A DNA stretch of 64,000 nucleotides, taken from the NCBI RefSeq assembly GCF_001194135.2, contig NC_068983.1, forward strand, positions 23,055,330 through 23,119,329, given 5' to 3'. Both the position numbers and the translations under genes were made by a program. Every line of letters begins with the position of its first letter. Within the stretch, counting starts at the first letter, position 1. Below, piece by piece: positions 1-13,280 of this stretch. The DNA is from Octopus bimaculoides. Its lineage: Eukaryota. A model generated the notes under the pieces. That model was not told the DNA's origin and searched no databases. It was given only the letters and a program-made list of their open reading frames with translations.

Positions 1-290
1 GAGATCGTTGCCAGTGCCCCTGGACTGGCTCTTGTGCGAGTGGCACATAAAATACACCATTTTGAGCGTGGCCGTTGCTAGTACCACCTGACTGGCCTTC
101 ATGCCAGTGGCACGTAAAAGCACCCACTACACTCTCTGAGTGGTTGGCGTTAGGAAAGGCATGCAGCTGTAGAAACTCTGCCAGATCAGATTGGAGCCTG
201 GTGTTGCCATCTGGTTTCACCAGTCCTCAGTCAAATCGTCCAACCCATGCTAGCATGGAAGGCGGACATTAAACGATGAACGATGATGCA
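1..290 (+). mobile_element. RTE-LINE 3'-tail or SINE-like repeat (family A)
   Basis: ...GAAACTCTGCCAGATCAGATTGGAGCCTGG...CCAACCCATGCTAGCATGGAA...(GAT)n tail; recurs many times in the window. Confidence 0.8.
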
Positions 291-608
291 TATGTATTAG
301 CATAACATTTGCACGTACATGTCTCTTGCATATCTGCTAGTGTTGTTGCTGTTGCTGTTTATCCCCAAGTCAGACCAAGGTTTTCTATCCATGAATTACA
401 CCCTTTGTTAGATCATGCATATCCATGTTTCTGCATTGGTGAACACCTGTTGTTGAATTGTTGCTCGTATACAATTCCAAATCTTTACATACTTGTAAAT
501 AGTCTTTAACATATGTGTATTTGCTTTATTCTCTTTACACCTGCATATACCTACGTTGGTACATTTGTGCACACTTGAATTTTGTGTGCTTGCCATTATA
601 TATATGAT

Positions 609-618
<10 letters not shown>

Positions 619-656
<38 letters not shown>
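619..656. repeat. (TA)n microsatellite
   Basis: Directly visible; others at about 13231-13269, 17606-17647, 41569-41598 and 47707-47736. Confidence 0.97.
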
Positions 657-659
<3 letters not shown>

Positions 660-1303
660 TTGTGGTGGACTATATGTAGATAGCTATATTTTGTACACCT
701 GTACTCACATGCTTGAGTCATACTTTATGGATAATAGTACCAGTACCATTTACTCCAAAAACTTTACAACTGCAGTAATACGAGCTTTAAAATCAGCATG
801 AATGTAATGCGGCATCATTAATGGATAAGATTAAAGGGTGGGGAAAGGGAAAATTTGTTGCAAGTTAATGAGCTAATAAAATTTTTCTTTCTTTTCTATA
901 CTCTTTTTTTTTTGTTTTTTTTCCTGTTTTTTTTTTGGTGGGGGGTGGGGGTTCTTTAACCAGGCAAATGGTTAATTTCAAGAAAAGCAAATTATGTAGT
1001 TATTATTTAGGGATCTCTTAAGTGTCAGTTGAGAGACAGCAAATGGGCCAAGCCATTAAAGCACTGGCTGAAATGTGTCATGGTATTTGTTCTGGCTCTC
1101 TGGAGTCTGAATTCAAATTTCACTCCAGTCAGCTAGCCCAACCCATGCCAAAGTGGTGGGGTTGGTGTGGGGAAAATTCAACATAAAAAAAAAACAGTAA
1201 GGATGATTTTGTTTTTTTCTCTATAGCTAATTATAGTGTTGTTTAACCCCAAGTCAGCCCTGTTATAGTGTATAGCAGTTGCATAGCTACCCTGTAGAGT
1301 GTC

Positions 1304-1567
1304 ATCATCATCATCATCATCGTCGTTTAACGTCCGCTTTCCATGCTAGCATGGGTTGGACGATTTGACTGAGGACTGGTGAAACCAGATGGCTACACCA
1401 GGCTCCAATTTGATTTGGCAGAGTTTCTACAGCTGGATGCTCTTCCTAATGCCAACCACTCCGAGAGTGTAGTGGGTGCTTTTACGTGCCACCCGCACGA
1501 AGGCCAGTCAGGCGGTACTGGCAATGGCCACGCTCAAAATGGTGTATTTTACGTGCCACCCGCACAA
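1304..1567 (-). mobile_element. Family A repeat, young copy
   Basis: (CAT)n tail followed by the reverse complement of the copy at 1-290; near-identical to the copies at about 7835-7990 and 62000-62140. Confidence 0.85.
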
Positions 1568-1845
1568 CACAAATATCAGTTTAGCTATACATTTAATTTT
1601 GTTTTCATTTTCTTTTTTTTTTATTTTTCCTTTACTGAATCTGGAGCCTCCTCTCGGGCTCTCTTAGTTGAGATAGACACCAGTGATGTTCCTTTTTAAA
1701 AGTTAAAAGTATGATCAGGGAGTGACTACTAAAGGCATGACCAGGTATGATATTTTAGCAAGGAAGGACTAAATATAACAATTAGTGTTAGTAAAATCGC
1801 TATCTTTCACACATACAGGCCTGTCCTTGCAGGTGCCACATTAGA

Positions 1846-2060
1846 AGCACCCATGCCGGTGCTGCACAAATGCACCCATTCCAGTGGCATGTAAAAAGCA
1901 CCCAGCATACTTTAAGTGGTTGGCATTAGGAAGGGCATCCAGCCATAGAAACCATGCCACAACAGACAATTGGAGTCTGGACAGCTCCCAGCTGGCCAAC
2001 TCCATGTTAAACCATTCTACCCATGCCAGCATGGAAAGCAGACGTTAATCGATGATGATG
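1846..2060 (+). mobile_element. Family A repeat, diverged copy
   Basis: Same consensus with a (GAT)n tail. Confidence 0.75.
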
Positions 2061-2074
2061 CAGGGCTTAGGTGA

Positions 2075-2250
2075 GTTGGACACAACAAAGGTGATATAAG
2101 AGGAGGAAAGACATGTGGTCAAAAATTCTTGAGTGTAGATAGCATAAGCTCGGCCAGCTCCAAGTTGCAGAGTCCATTATAATAGCTGTAGAAAAGACAG
2201 AGCAAGGAGACAGCATGCTTGTCCGTCTGCGACTGGAGTGTGTCTGTGAG
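2075..2250 (-). mobile_element. CR1/L2/Jockey-type LINE ORF2 C-terminal remnant
   Basis: The minus strand translates to HAVSLLCLFYSYYNGLCNLELAEL, resembling the post-RT motif of these LINEs; a homologous copy lies at about 8945-9200. Confidence 0.6.
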
Positions 2251-3095
2251 TGAAGCCCCTTTTTATATATACACTAATACTTCAACTACAAGGCTACCTA
2301 AATTTCTAAATTTTAAACTCGCTTTAATTGGAATCTTCCTGCATTTTATTCTTTTCTAAAGACGTTTTCAGCCATCTTACATCATCTTTCTCGTCTCCAG
2401 TTTAGATTTTTTTTACAAATATTTTCCAATGTTTGAAATATTTGGGATACATTTATCCAACCGCCAGCATTTGATATTTTATTTTATTTATACTATTTTT
2501 TTTTTTTGTCTTGGAGAACTGAAGCAGAATAATTAGTAAGACTTGCTTAATAATATGATTACTTTTGTATTTAATTCTCATCTACTTAAAAATTATCCTA
2601 TCAGATCATAGAGGTATTGTATCTCCACTTATTAACACAGCGGGCATTTATTCTTGAAATGTTATATGGATCAAGGTTATTTTATTTCTCTGAATTTCTC
2701 TTTTTTTTTTTTCCCTTTTTGGCTTTTTTTTTTTTTGCACTGCACAAGTATTAGATTAGGACATTTACTTAACGAGATCAGTTCAACTTAACATTGACTT
2801 AATACCTGTATGTATATATGTATGTATATATGTATGTATGTATGTATGTACACACACCCACCCACCCACACACACACACACACACCCATACATGTAGTCT
2901 GTTGTTGAATGTCAGTGTCATTGTAGTGCTACTGACATGCTTGCTAGAAAAACTACTAAATGATAGAAGCTCAAATATTCTGATTTTGATACTTTGGATA
3001 AATATATATTTAATATCAGCCCACCTATTACCATCCATATTGAAGTTCTCATATTTGAATTATAATTAGAATCTCTCTCAAGTTAATACACCCTA

Positions 3096-3523
3096 CAGAT
3101 TCTGTTGTACCAGGGTTTGCAGGACGTCCTTGTGAAGCTCTACAGATCTTTCAGGACAAGGCTCACCTTCTAGGCTGTAGTTTCCAGCTCGGAATTTCTG
3201 GAATCACCATTGACACTGGCTTATTCTTATTGTCTGATCCCTATATACTTCATTAATATTCCTCCCACTTTCCATTGCGTTGTTGCCTTTATTAAACTCA
3301 TAAAGCAAAATATGCCGAATATGCTCCTTTGTCACTTCCATTATAGCTTTGAAACAATAACTATTAAAATCGAACTGCACTCTTCAAAGCTTGCACTAAG
3401 AATGAATACAAGGTAAAGTTACAACCCACTTTAATAGCAAGTTGATGCAGATAGTTTATCCCATCCCCCTCCGACTTTTAGTTCATGCAATGGAAAAACC
3501 ACATTATTTATGGGATGACCCAA
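3096..3523 (-). mobile_element. Mariner transposon 5' fragment (left TIR plus degenerate transposase N-terminus)
   Basis: The minus strand from the ATG at 3341 reads MEVTKEHIRHILLYEFNKGNNAMESGRNINEVYRDQTIRISQCQW*FQKFRAGNYSLEGEPCPERSVELHKDVLQTLVQQN (mariner HTH region, one stop). The terminus TA|TTGGGTCATCCC is at 3523. Confidence 0.85.
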
Positions 3524-3844
3524 TATTTAATAATAGGCCAGGTCAATCAGACTGACCTGAATCGAAACAGCAATAGACATCAAAACATACAGCTTCAAGT
3601 ATTTTACTAAATCTATCTAGAGTCTCTGGAGATTAATTGAATATTAATGTATATATTGAAAATTAATTTAAATACAGATTGTTTTAATTAATTCAGTATA
3701 ATCACAAAAAACAAATAATCATGCGAAGATCAGTGTGCTGAATCAAGGAATGCAATGCAAGTGTGTGTGCTTATGTAAAGGATTCAAACTTGAAATGTAT
3801 TTATAAGTTTGTACACTGCTATTAGTATTTATAGACACACATAA

Positions 3845-4035
3845 GGTGGCAAGCTGGTAGAATTGTAAGCATGCCAGCATTTCATGTCTTCATGTTCTGA
3901 GTTCAAATGCTGCCAAGGTTGACTTTGCCTTTCATCCCTTTCAGGGTCAATAAAATAAGTACTAGTTGGGTCAATCTAACTGACTTAGCCTCCTCCCCCC
4001 GAAATTGCTGGCCTTGTGCCAAAATTTGAAACCAC
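3845..4035 (+). mobile_element. SINE family C (GAGTTCAAAT B-box-like motif, GACTTTGCCTTTCATCC core)
   Basis: Multi-copy; other copies at about 6585-6770(-), 21270-21410(+), 49296-49683(+, tandem pair) and 58605-59440. Confidence 0.75.
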
Positions 4036-4169
4036 TATTTATAGAGACACATGAGAATTTATGAGTATATAAATTTGAATCAAACATTGCATAAAATTTA
4101 TTTTCCTGTATTCTTTTCAACTATTTAAAACTATATTTAAATATTTTTCTTGGTTTTGTTTCTATTCAG

Positions 4170-4397
4170 ATATTGCAAAAGGACATAGAATCTCATTTGA
4201 GAGTGGTTTCAGCAGTACTTAAGCTTGGTGAATGCCTTCAAAATGGAAAAAATGAAGAAAAGTTTCGTGAACAATCTATCACCTTTCCAGAATCACTTCA
4301 TGATGTCAGCCACAATCTGGAGAAAAGATGGCATACAATTTGGTTACAGTCACTTGAGTGGCAGTGTCGTTTAGAACAAGCAATTATTTCTAAGAAG
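4170..4397 (+). CDS. klar: Klarsicht/AKAP6-like exon (76 aa, spectrin-like repeat: ILQKDIESHLRVVSAVLKLGECL...RWHTIWLQSLEWQCRLEQAIISKK)
   Basis: Pyrimidine tract and CAG acceptor at 4167-4169; AAG|GTATGT donor at 4397/4398; 228 nt, phase 0-0; WxxxWLxSLEWQ pattern is typical of spectrin-like repeats. Confidence 0.9.
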
Positions 4398-4462
4398 GTA
4401 TGTGTTTGCTTGCTAACACTCTTATAGTTTTTTTGTTGTTTTTTTTCCCCTCTTATTTTCAG

Positions 4463-4503
4463 GCAGAAATAATTTTTCATTTGAAGGAAGAACTGATCTC
4501 AAA
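4463..4503 (+). CDS. Putative 41-nt micro-exon (AEIIFHLKEELIS...)
   Basis: ctcttattttcag| acceptor 65 nt after the 4397 donor; AAA|GTATGT donor; open in the incoming frame; ends in phase 2. Confidence 0.3.
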
Positions 4504-6584
4504 GTATGTTGAGAACATTAGTTTTTGTTAAATGGTAGCAAAATTGGTAAATTTAGTTTCTATCTATCAACTAAGCAACTTACCAGAATATTAAAAGGAT
4601 CTGAAAGCTACAAACCCTTTTTTAACTCTCTAATGCCTGAATTATCAATCTACATTAAATTCTTCTTAACCATCATAATAGATACCTTCTTTCTGTGATT
4701 CAAATGATCTTACTTCAAACCTGCACAAGAGAATGGACACAGTTATATATAATGATTTCTAAGGTATTGCCACATAGTTACAATTTTATAGGTGGTGGGA
4801 TACAGTTGTTTGAATCAACATCATTACATCACTTCTTCTTTTTTTTTTTTTTTTTAATGTAAGTTTTGTAGAAAGGAATAGAAGTCAGATTCAATCCAAA
4901 CTGGATTTGAGCTCAGAACTGAAAAGCATGAGGTGCAATAACTTTTCTCCCAATGTAACTTTAGTCTCTTTTCTGGCTCTTTCTGTCACCACTAATATAA
5001 TAAAGGATATAAGATGAGCAATTTATATTTCTATACTTAACTGTAATAAGGAGGGAAAAATGATATATAACACTTAATGGCTAAATCAGACTAGCTATTT
5101 TAGTTTGCAGTGTTGTGTAAGTCACCCCTGAACTATTCCATGATACTAACATTTTTGTTAGTATACCAAACAACTGAGTGAATTTAGGACATTATTATTA
5201 CCCCCAATGTAATTATTTTCATTGTAAATTTTGTAATCAATAATCAATTACACTTTTGTAATTATTACAGTTGATTATTGATTAATACAGTTTTTTTTTC
5301 AACAAGGGGAGGCCTAGGAAAGTATTTACAAATTGATATTACAAATAAAAATGTTCTCAATAAACTTAATTCGTTTATACACACAAGCTCAGGTCAAGTA
5401 TTTTATTTGCATAAACCTCTATTAAACCTCAATCCAACATTTACACAGGTATTCATAACTACTGAACCATATCATAATAGGTATAATAATCCCCCTGGTC
5501 CATTTTATATTTGCTATTTTCCATTATTTCTTTCCCTCTTTTAGGCACTCTATTCTTTTACTCATGGTATAGATTTTTATTGTGTCTGCTTTAGAAAATA
5601 TCACAGAATAAGACCATCAAATATTTACTAATGTTTACTAGAAAAACTATAATCCAAACTTCTTTTACCTCGATAACTTTTTTTGTTTGTTCTTCTTGTT
5701 TTAACATTCTTCTCTTCGTTATTTTTAAGTATTTTTGTTATATAATTCAATTCATGATAGTATGGAATATGGATGTTTAAAGAATGAACAAATGATATAA
5801 AATATATGTATAAATGATTTGCTTTTCAAACAAACATACATTGCTTAATAAAATATTTGCTTGCCACAAAAGTTCTCTACTACTGTAAGCTATTTACTTA
5901 GACTCGTGTAAAACAATCCCATCCAAATTATACAGTATGGGGTGTTTGAAGAGAGTACCCCCATCATAATTTCTTCCTTGCTCCCCTTTCTGAGCCAATA
6001 TTAGCAATTAAGAGTTGAATAACAGTTTATGGTGGACTTTTTTTGTATTTTCATTACCATTGCTTTGCTGTCTCTGAAATCAAGGTTATTGATTTTAAGG
6101 TGTTGTTTCCTTGAAAACTTTTGGACTTGAGTGCAATGTTCTTAATCTTAAGTTTATGTTTATATTGCTTACCTTCAACAAAAAAAAAACCCCCCAAAAA
6201 AATATGTATCTCTGTATACATTACTGGACAATTACAAACCATAGTTATATGTCATTGGGCAAACAGTGTCAATAAGGAATTGTATGGGACTTTTTTTGAT
6301 GTTATGTTTGTATTCACATCAGAGTTAGTTTAGTTCACTGGCTGCTTGATTAGTTGGAGTGTGTGAGAGGGAAAGGTTGATTGTTACCTTTCACTCACAC
6401 TTCATCAGTGTATGCCAGATTCTCATTGTTATTTAATATCAGTTATGCAATATTCTCTCTAATTAAGCATATTAGATATTAAGTGGAGTTTTTGTCTATA
6501 ACTATTGAGTAGATAATGTCAGTCGAAGTCTTAGGTAATTTTCGTTGTCTTTATTATTGATGATGGTGATGATAATGATAATAG

Positions 6585-6770
6585 TAATAATTTCAAATTT
6601 TGACACAAGTCCAGCAGTTTTGGAGGAGAGGTTAAATCGATTACATTGACCCCAGAGTTCAAATGGTATTTATTTTATCAACCCTGAAAGTATTAAAGGC
6701 AAAGTTGACCTCAGTGGCATTTGAACTCAGAACATAAAGACAGACAAAATGCCACTAAGCATTTTGCCAC
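6585..6770 (-). mobile_element. SINE family C
   Basis: Reverse complement of the consensus seen at 3845-4035; adjoins an (ATA)n tract. Confidence 0.75.
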
Positions 6771-6771
6771 C

Positions 6772-6807
<36 letters not shown>

Positions 6808-7834
6808 TTCATAATGATCCTGGTTGAAGGTGACAATGGTTGTAATAATAGTAGTAAAAATAACAAGGGGGAAACGATAGTAAAGGTAGAGATATGGCTG
6901 ATTGAATGTACCCTAGTTCATTATTACTACTTGTTTCATTGACCTTTTGTTCTAAATGGGATGAAAGACAAATTTAATTTTGAGATTTGAACTCAGAATG
7001 CAAAAGAGACCAAGCTAAATACAGCTGTCTACCTCAAATAATAATCACTTTTTAAAATTTAGGTTCAAGGTCAAACATTTTGCAGGAAGGGAACAATTGA
7101 TTGTATCAACCTAATATTTAGACTGGCGTTTGATTTAGCAACTCCTGAAAGATTGAAAGGCTAAAAGTAACTTTGGTAGGATTTGAACTTGAAAAATAAA
7201 CATCTGGAACAAATACTGCAAAGCTTTTTATCTGACACTCTAAAATATCTGCCAATTCTCCTCCTTGAGTACCAATAATGTTGAGGACCACATATTGATG
7301 GGGAGTTACAGTTGGTTATATTGATTTCAGTAGTTGTCTGGTACTTTACTTCATCAACTTCAGAAGGTTATGAGGTAATGTCTACTAAAACCAGATTTGA
7401 ATTTAGATTGTAAAACAGACAGTTATTCAAATAAAACATAAGAGGAAGACCATAGGGAAAAGGAAATATCACCATCACCATCATCATAATCATCATCATC
7501 CTTTAACATCCGTTTTCCATGCTGGCATGGGTCAGTCAGTTTGATCAGAGCTAGCTATCCAACCCATGCCAGCATGGAAAATGAACATTAAAGAATGATG
7601 ATGATTTAAATAATATCAACAAATTTCAAATATTCTCATGTACCTCTATTAATACCAACAGCTGTATACAGACACGTAAAAACATAACCTTATAACATAT
7701 TCAGGTACACTTAATGCACAATTAATAATAATTATTTATTCTTTTCATTAATATAATGCTATTACATAGAGAAATGCATCTTGTCCATTAACCCAGTAGA
7801 TTGATGTATATGGCAGGAGAAAAAAAAAATGGTG

Positions 7835-7990
7835 GTTGGCGTTAGGAAGGGCATCCAGCTGTAGAAACTCTGCCAAATTAGACTGGAGCCTGGTGTAGCC
7901 ATCCGGTTTCACCAGTCCTCAGTCAAATCGTCCAACCCATGCTAGCATGGAAAGCGGACGTTAAACGACGATGATGACGATGATGATGAT
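7835..7990 (+). mobile_element. Family A repeat, young copy
   Basis: Near-identical to the reverse complement of 1304-1460. Confidence 0.85.
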
Positions 7991-8218
7991 GATTCTGGAT
8001 CAGGGTATATTATCATACTTACTGAGCTGACAAAGAGAAAAACAAGAGCCCTAATCTTACTTTCGTAGTTAAGTAATTAGCTGCAAAATGAGCTTCCAAT
8101 TGACTAAAAGAAAAAATTGGGCCAGTGAATAAAAACCATGTAACCTTCGTATGTATGGGGGAAAAAAAAAAACAGTTGTAAAATTATGTATCTGCATACA
8201 TTCACGTATATCTATGCA

Positions 8219-8252
<34 letters not shown>

Positions 8253-8944
8253 TGTGAGGTTCATAGTCTCTTACTTTTGAGCTCACCACCCAAAACTACT
8301 GCCTCTCGTTTACTTTATGGAACAAAGAGCATAAACAAAACATCCCACTCATAGAAGCATTGAAAAAGATGTTAAATGGTAATAAATGTGTGTGGTTGTG
8401 TCATGTTTTCTTGTGACATAACCACATACTTAACATACAAACTGTGACATGTATTTGTTCATAAAATCTTGTGGCATTCAATCAGGGAGTGATTATCCTG
8501 TACACAGTGTTTATATTGTATTTGCTGGTTTATTTAAAGCTGAAGTTCCACATTTACATAACTCTTATTTACTTGCCGGTTAACTATATTTTCCACCATC
8601 CAAATTGCAATACATTCTTTAACCACATAGACACCTACCTCTTTTGATTATTTTTATGACTGGACACTGATCTGTAGGGGATGGGGTGCTTGAATCATGT
8701 CACAAATTTACCTGATTCTATTCGTTTTCATAGCTCTATTTTGAGGACATCTCTTGTTTCTTGAAAGGCTGCTCAAGAACTGAAGCAAGAGATCATAGTT
8801 CTAAGTTTCAGTCTCATCTACTAAAGTCAGACACTTTATACTTTTTTTTCCCCTCACTTGCTGAGTCTTGAAGAAGAGGCAATATCCATAGCTATTGCAG
8901 GCCCTCGTTGAACTTACGTTTGTCAACACCTTTGGGAAAAATAT

Positions 8945-9200
8945 TAGCAGGATGGGAGTTCTAGAGGGCTGATGTTACTGGATGGAAGGGCTGCATATAG
9001 TGATTTGTGCAGGGTCTGAGAGAGTTGGATACAACAAAGGTGATGATGAGGAGGGAAGACAAATGGGGCAGGAATACTTGAGCATGGGTGGTATGAGCCC
9101 AGTCGGCTACAAAGAGCAGAGACCTGTCATAGCACTGGTAAAGGTAGAAGAAAGGAGACAGCTCACCTATGGCCCAGAGACCGAAGTGTGTCTGTAAATG
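8945..9200 (-). mobile_element. CR1/L2-type LINE C-terminal remnant
   Basis: Shares GAGTTGGA.ACAACAAAGGTGAT...GAGGAGG.AAGAC with 2075-2250; the minus strand gives a degenerate TNHY...TSAL*NS motif (compare WNSLP). Confidence 0.55.
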
Positions 9201-12200
9201 ACTTTATGCTCATAAGTTGGGTGGTCCCTTTTCTGCATGTAATCTTGAATACCTGTATGTGTGCACAACAGTAGCCTTTCCCCATATGTGAAAGCAATAC
9301 TCCATTGTCAGTATCACCTGAGCTTTGAGGAATATCAATCGAGCTATCAGGAAATTAAGTAGAAAAACTAACCTGGAAATTTCAATGATACCAGTTTTAA
9401 CAATGTTTGTGTAAAATCATTTGTTTTATTCTTTTTAGATTTATTCTTTAGTGTATTCCTTCATTTCCAGTTGACCTGTTAAGTTCACCATCCTCTTTTT
9501 GTTACATTTATTTTTAAACACTAACAGTGATGAGTGGGAAAGAGAGACAAATTATAAACATGTAACATAGCTCATTTATCTTCTCAGGCACACCTAGTAC
9601 AATCTACACATTGTTTGCTGAGTCAAGTTACAATTGCTGCTACTAGTTAATGAAATCACCTACATATCTATATCTTATACTATTCAGAGGGTTATAACCT
9701 AACTTGTTTCCCTGTTTGAGTATTGAAAAGTCTGTGTTCAAGATGTCTGTTTTTTTACCCAATATTATTCTATTTCTAATGTCTGTGTAGTTAGTTGCCA
9801 GGTGTTTTCCTGCAATTCTGATAATATAACTAACAAGTGATAAGACAAGACTCAGATGAAGGGAGCTGGAGGATTACTTAAGCAAGTCCTGTTCTGATTA
9901 TTATTATTAGTAGTAGGAGCAGTAATAACAACAGCACCCAGACACTATTTTCTTGTGTAAATTAGTTATTAAAGCAAACAAACTGCAGAGAACTTTGACA
10001 GCTGAAAGATATGGCTCACTGTTCAGATAGTATATATGGAGAAGGTTTGTTGATCAAAAGGCAATGACATTCTATATTTCCGTCTAACTATGGATTTATT
10101 GGCAACATTACAAGTTTTACATATCATATTTGTTTGAGGAGTATGGTGATAGTAAGGATCCTAAGAATGATGTGAGGTGCAGTGTGATGCAGCAACTAAA
10201 CAGACCGATAATTAATCAATTGACTTGGGTTCAAATTTATTTCAAGTTCATTGAAACCTATACTACTGATCAATCACAAAATATCAGTTTATCTTATAAT
10301 CTTATAAATATATATTAATTTTGTAGATGTATGTATGTGAGATGAACCCTCTTGCGAATTTTGGCATATGAGCTCCCAGTTGTTAAATCAACTGGCATGT
10401 GTGCTCTCAGTTGTTAAATCATACTCATTGAATTAGTAAGTACCCTTAAATGTAATTTTCAAGTAGAATCAGCAAGACACAGTCTCACAAGACTGGATCT
10501 TTGAATTACTAGTACTGATAGGTACTTGTACATCTAATAGGTTTGTATATATTTTCAGCCTACCTAAGTTCACTCATAAGGCCTGGGCTGATCTGAAGCT
10601 ATGGTAAAAGCACTTAGCTGAAACGCCAAGCAGTAGAATCGAACCAGAGGCCTCATAATTGCAAAACAGATTTATTAGCCACTCAGCTATAACTCCAGTT
10701 ATATTATATACAATCAATGACATGTTCAAACATAATCTCTCAATGCACAAGGTTACAAGATATCAATAATGTTTTATGTAAGCAGAGTCCACTTGTTTAT
10801 AGGGAAACTGAAATTGTGACTACGTGACAATCATATCTTTCTCAAGGGCATTTACTAGCATGTAGTTGGGAGTTGTGGACTTTGCATATCTGAAAGGTTA
10901 TCAGTTCTATATCAGTCATTGCTGTTGTTTTTAGCTGCAGGTCAACTCCAATACAAGCAGATCTATTGATCAAAGGCATTCCAGCTGTGGCCATCTCTTC
11001 ATTTTTTTTTTCTTTCTTTTAGGGGTATGTAGGACTACAGTGCCTAATGTGTCCTTTACTTATTTGATAGTTAGCTGTGATTTGAAGGAGGTTCAGCTGC
11101 TTGTTTTAGAATTTGGTTTACGGAAAGTGAAAGAAACCTGTTGTATATATGTGTTTGTGTGTTCCCCGTTTTTTTTAATGATAAATGTATGCTAATTGAA
11201 TACAAAAGTCACCATCATACAAATAGTATCATTTGTTTACAATCCTGAAAAAACATGTCTGGCCATTGGGTCCTTTGTTGTTCAAAGGACTAGAGGAAAT
11301 AGAAACAGTTTTCATACATAAAAACGGTTGAGGATTGGTGACAGGAAGAACATCCAGTCAAAGAAAAATCTACTTTGACAAAGTTTTGTCCAACTTATGC
11401 AAATGAGCATGGAAAAGTGAAAATGAAATGATTATGATACTAATAGCAGATATTCATCTATTACATGTAAGATTAACTTCTGATTTATGTAATCAAGTAA
11501 TTTTATCTTTTATTAGAACCGCCTTCAGTTTTTGTTTGCTTTTTTTTTTGTTTTTGTTTTATTTCCATTTTTCACCCCCATGTTTCTCACCGTTATTGTT
11601 CTTTTTTTCCTTATTATCATGATTGATTAGTAACATCATTTCAAAGAACAGGTTTTGTTAATTGCCCAAAACAAAGAGTAAGGATATAAGCAAGAGAAAA
11701 ATATGATCAATTTTTAACTGTCTGCTTTAATAATGAAAGTAAAAATATGAAAGAGAACAAAGAACAAAAAGAGTGTGAGAGAAAGAGAAAAGCAATGACT
11801 TATTGTTGGTGGTGAAACAGAAATAAAAGATCTTCACAGCTTCGACTGCTTTATGTAAATATGATAGGATCTCATTTAAGTAACATAATGAGTGGAAAAC
11901 TCACTATATTACATACATGAGACTCACTTCAAGTGACCGAGATTATCCAAGTAATTAGTAGAAGAAAAAAATACTCCTATGAGGAGTATTTAAAAATTTT
12001 AAGATAATAAGCAAGGCAGGTGACTCCAATACGATCAATTGATCAAATTTTGGGGGGAGACAATATAAGCAATGAACATTGATTGGCCCTGGTCCTTAAT
12101 AGCTAACTGGTGGAAGTAATGAGCATGTTTCAGTCTTATTAGACCTCTTTAGCAAAGCATATTCTCAATTAGCAAGACTTAAAAGGGATTAGTATATTTA

Positions 12201-13229
12201 TATAGAAATAGAGGGAGTATTATGACATTGATTATAAATATCAACAAAATATGGCTAGTAGTGTGGTGATGGGAGGGATCCCCCCCCCCCCCGGAGCATT
12301 CTGTATTCTTTTATTAATTACTATCATTTGTAAATTAGTTTTCAGATTTAAGTATTATGCTACTGTTATTTTTTGTTTTCTCTTTGTCCCTCAAATAAGT
12401 TTGTGAATGACTCTAAGATGTTGTTTGACCTGCTAGAAATAGCAGCCAGGTTTCCCTCAAATCGCATTACCATGTGGTTGAAGTTTAGAATGAGCCAATA
12501 ATCATAGGTGAAATGCCTTTAATTATAGGTATGCTCAAGACTAAACACAAGAGAAAGATAATATATATATGTGAACCACGTTTGGAACAGATAGGTATGT
12601 AAGTAGATAGTTAGGTAGCTTGGTAAGTAGGTAGGTAGGTCGATTTTGAGCCTGAGGCCAATCGAATTGAACAGGCCTATGATCTAAGAGATTCTAGCCT
12701 TGACCATTCCATCTCCTTAGAAACATCCAACACTGCCTTATCCAATGTATCCTTTCCTCTTTCAAGATGGTAGTGTGTGATTTTGAGAGTGATTTGACTG
12801 CCATTTCTTGCAGGTTAAGTGACCACATACAGACTCCTTTGTTATACATTTGCTTCGAGAATGTATAAGGCAGCTCTGTAACTGGCTTCAACATCCTTTG
12901 GTGTGCCCTTGTATTCCCCTTATCTTATAAGCCTACATGTAATGTGCCCACATACATGTAAGCAGTTTGCAAGTTTGTATAAGTGATTAGATATAGATTG
13001 TAAAAAGTTTTGTGTCAGTTATATAAATAATTGTGAATATATATGTTATTAAATATCCAATAGTTTTTCTAAATCACTCACTTGGTGACTAATTAAAAGT
13101 ATTGCTGCATACTGATGGCTTGTTTTGAACTTTGTTTCTTATCTACAAACTAAATGTAATTTGCTAAAGCAATTATTATTATATGGCTATTGTCATTATC
13201 ATTACATTTATTCATGGTAAGGAGTAACT

Positions 13230-13280
<51 letters not shown>

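Noticed and set aside
6355-6410. Minus-strand CTGATGA...GAAA and a roughly 14-bp interrupted hairpin
   Set aside because: It has no stem I or stem III complementarity, so it is not a hammerhead. The hairpin is short and bulged, with no support as a pre-miRNA.
13205-13225. ATG|GTAAGG possible Met-only first exon
   Set aside because: The motif is short enough to occur by chance in AT-rich DNA next to a microsatellite, and it has no other support.
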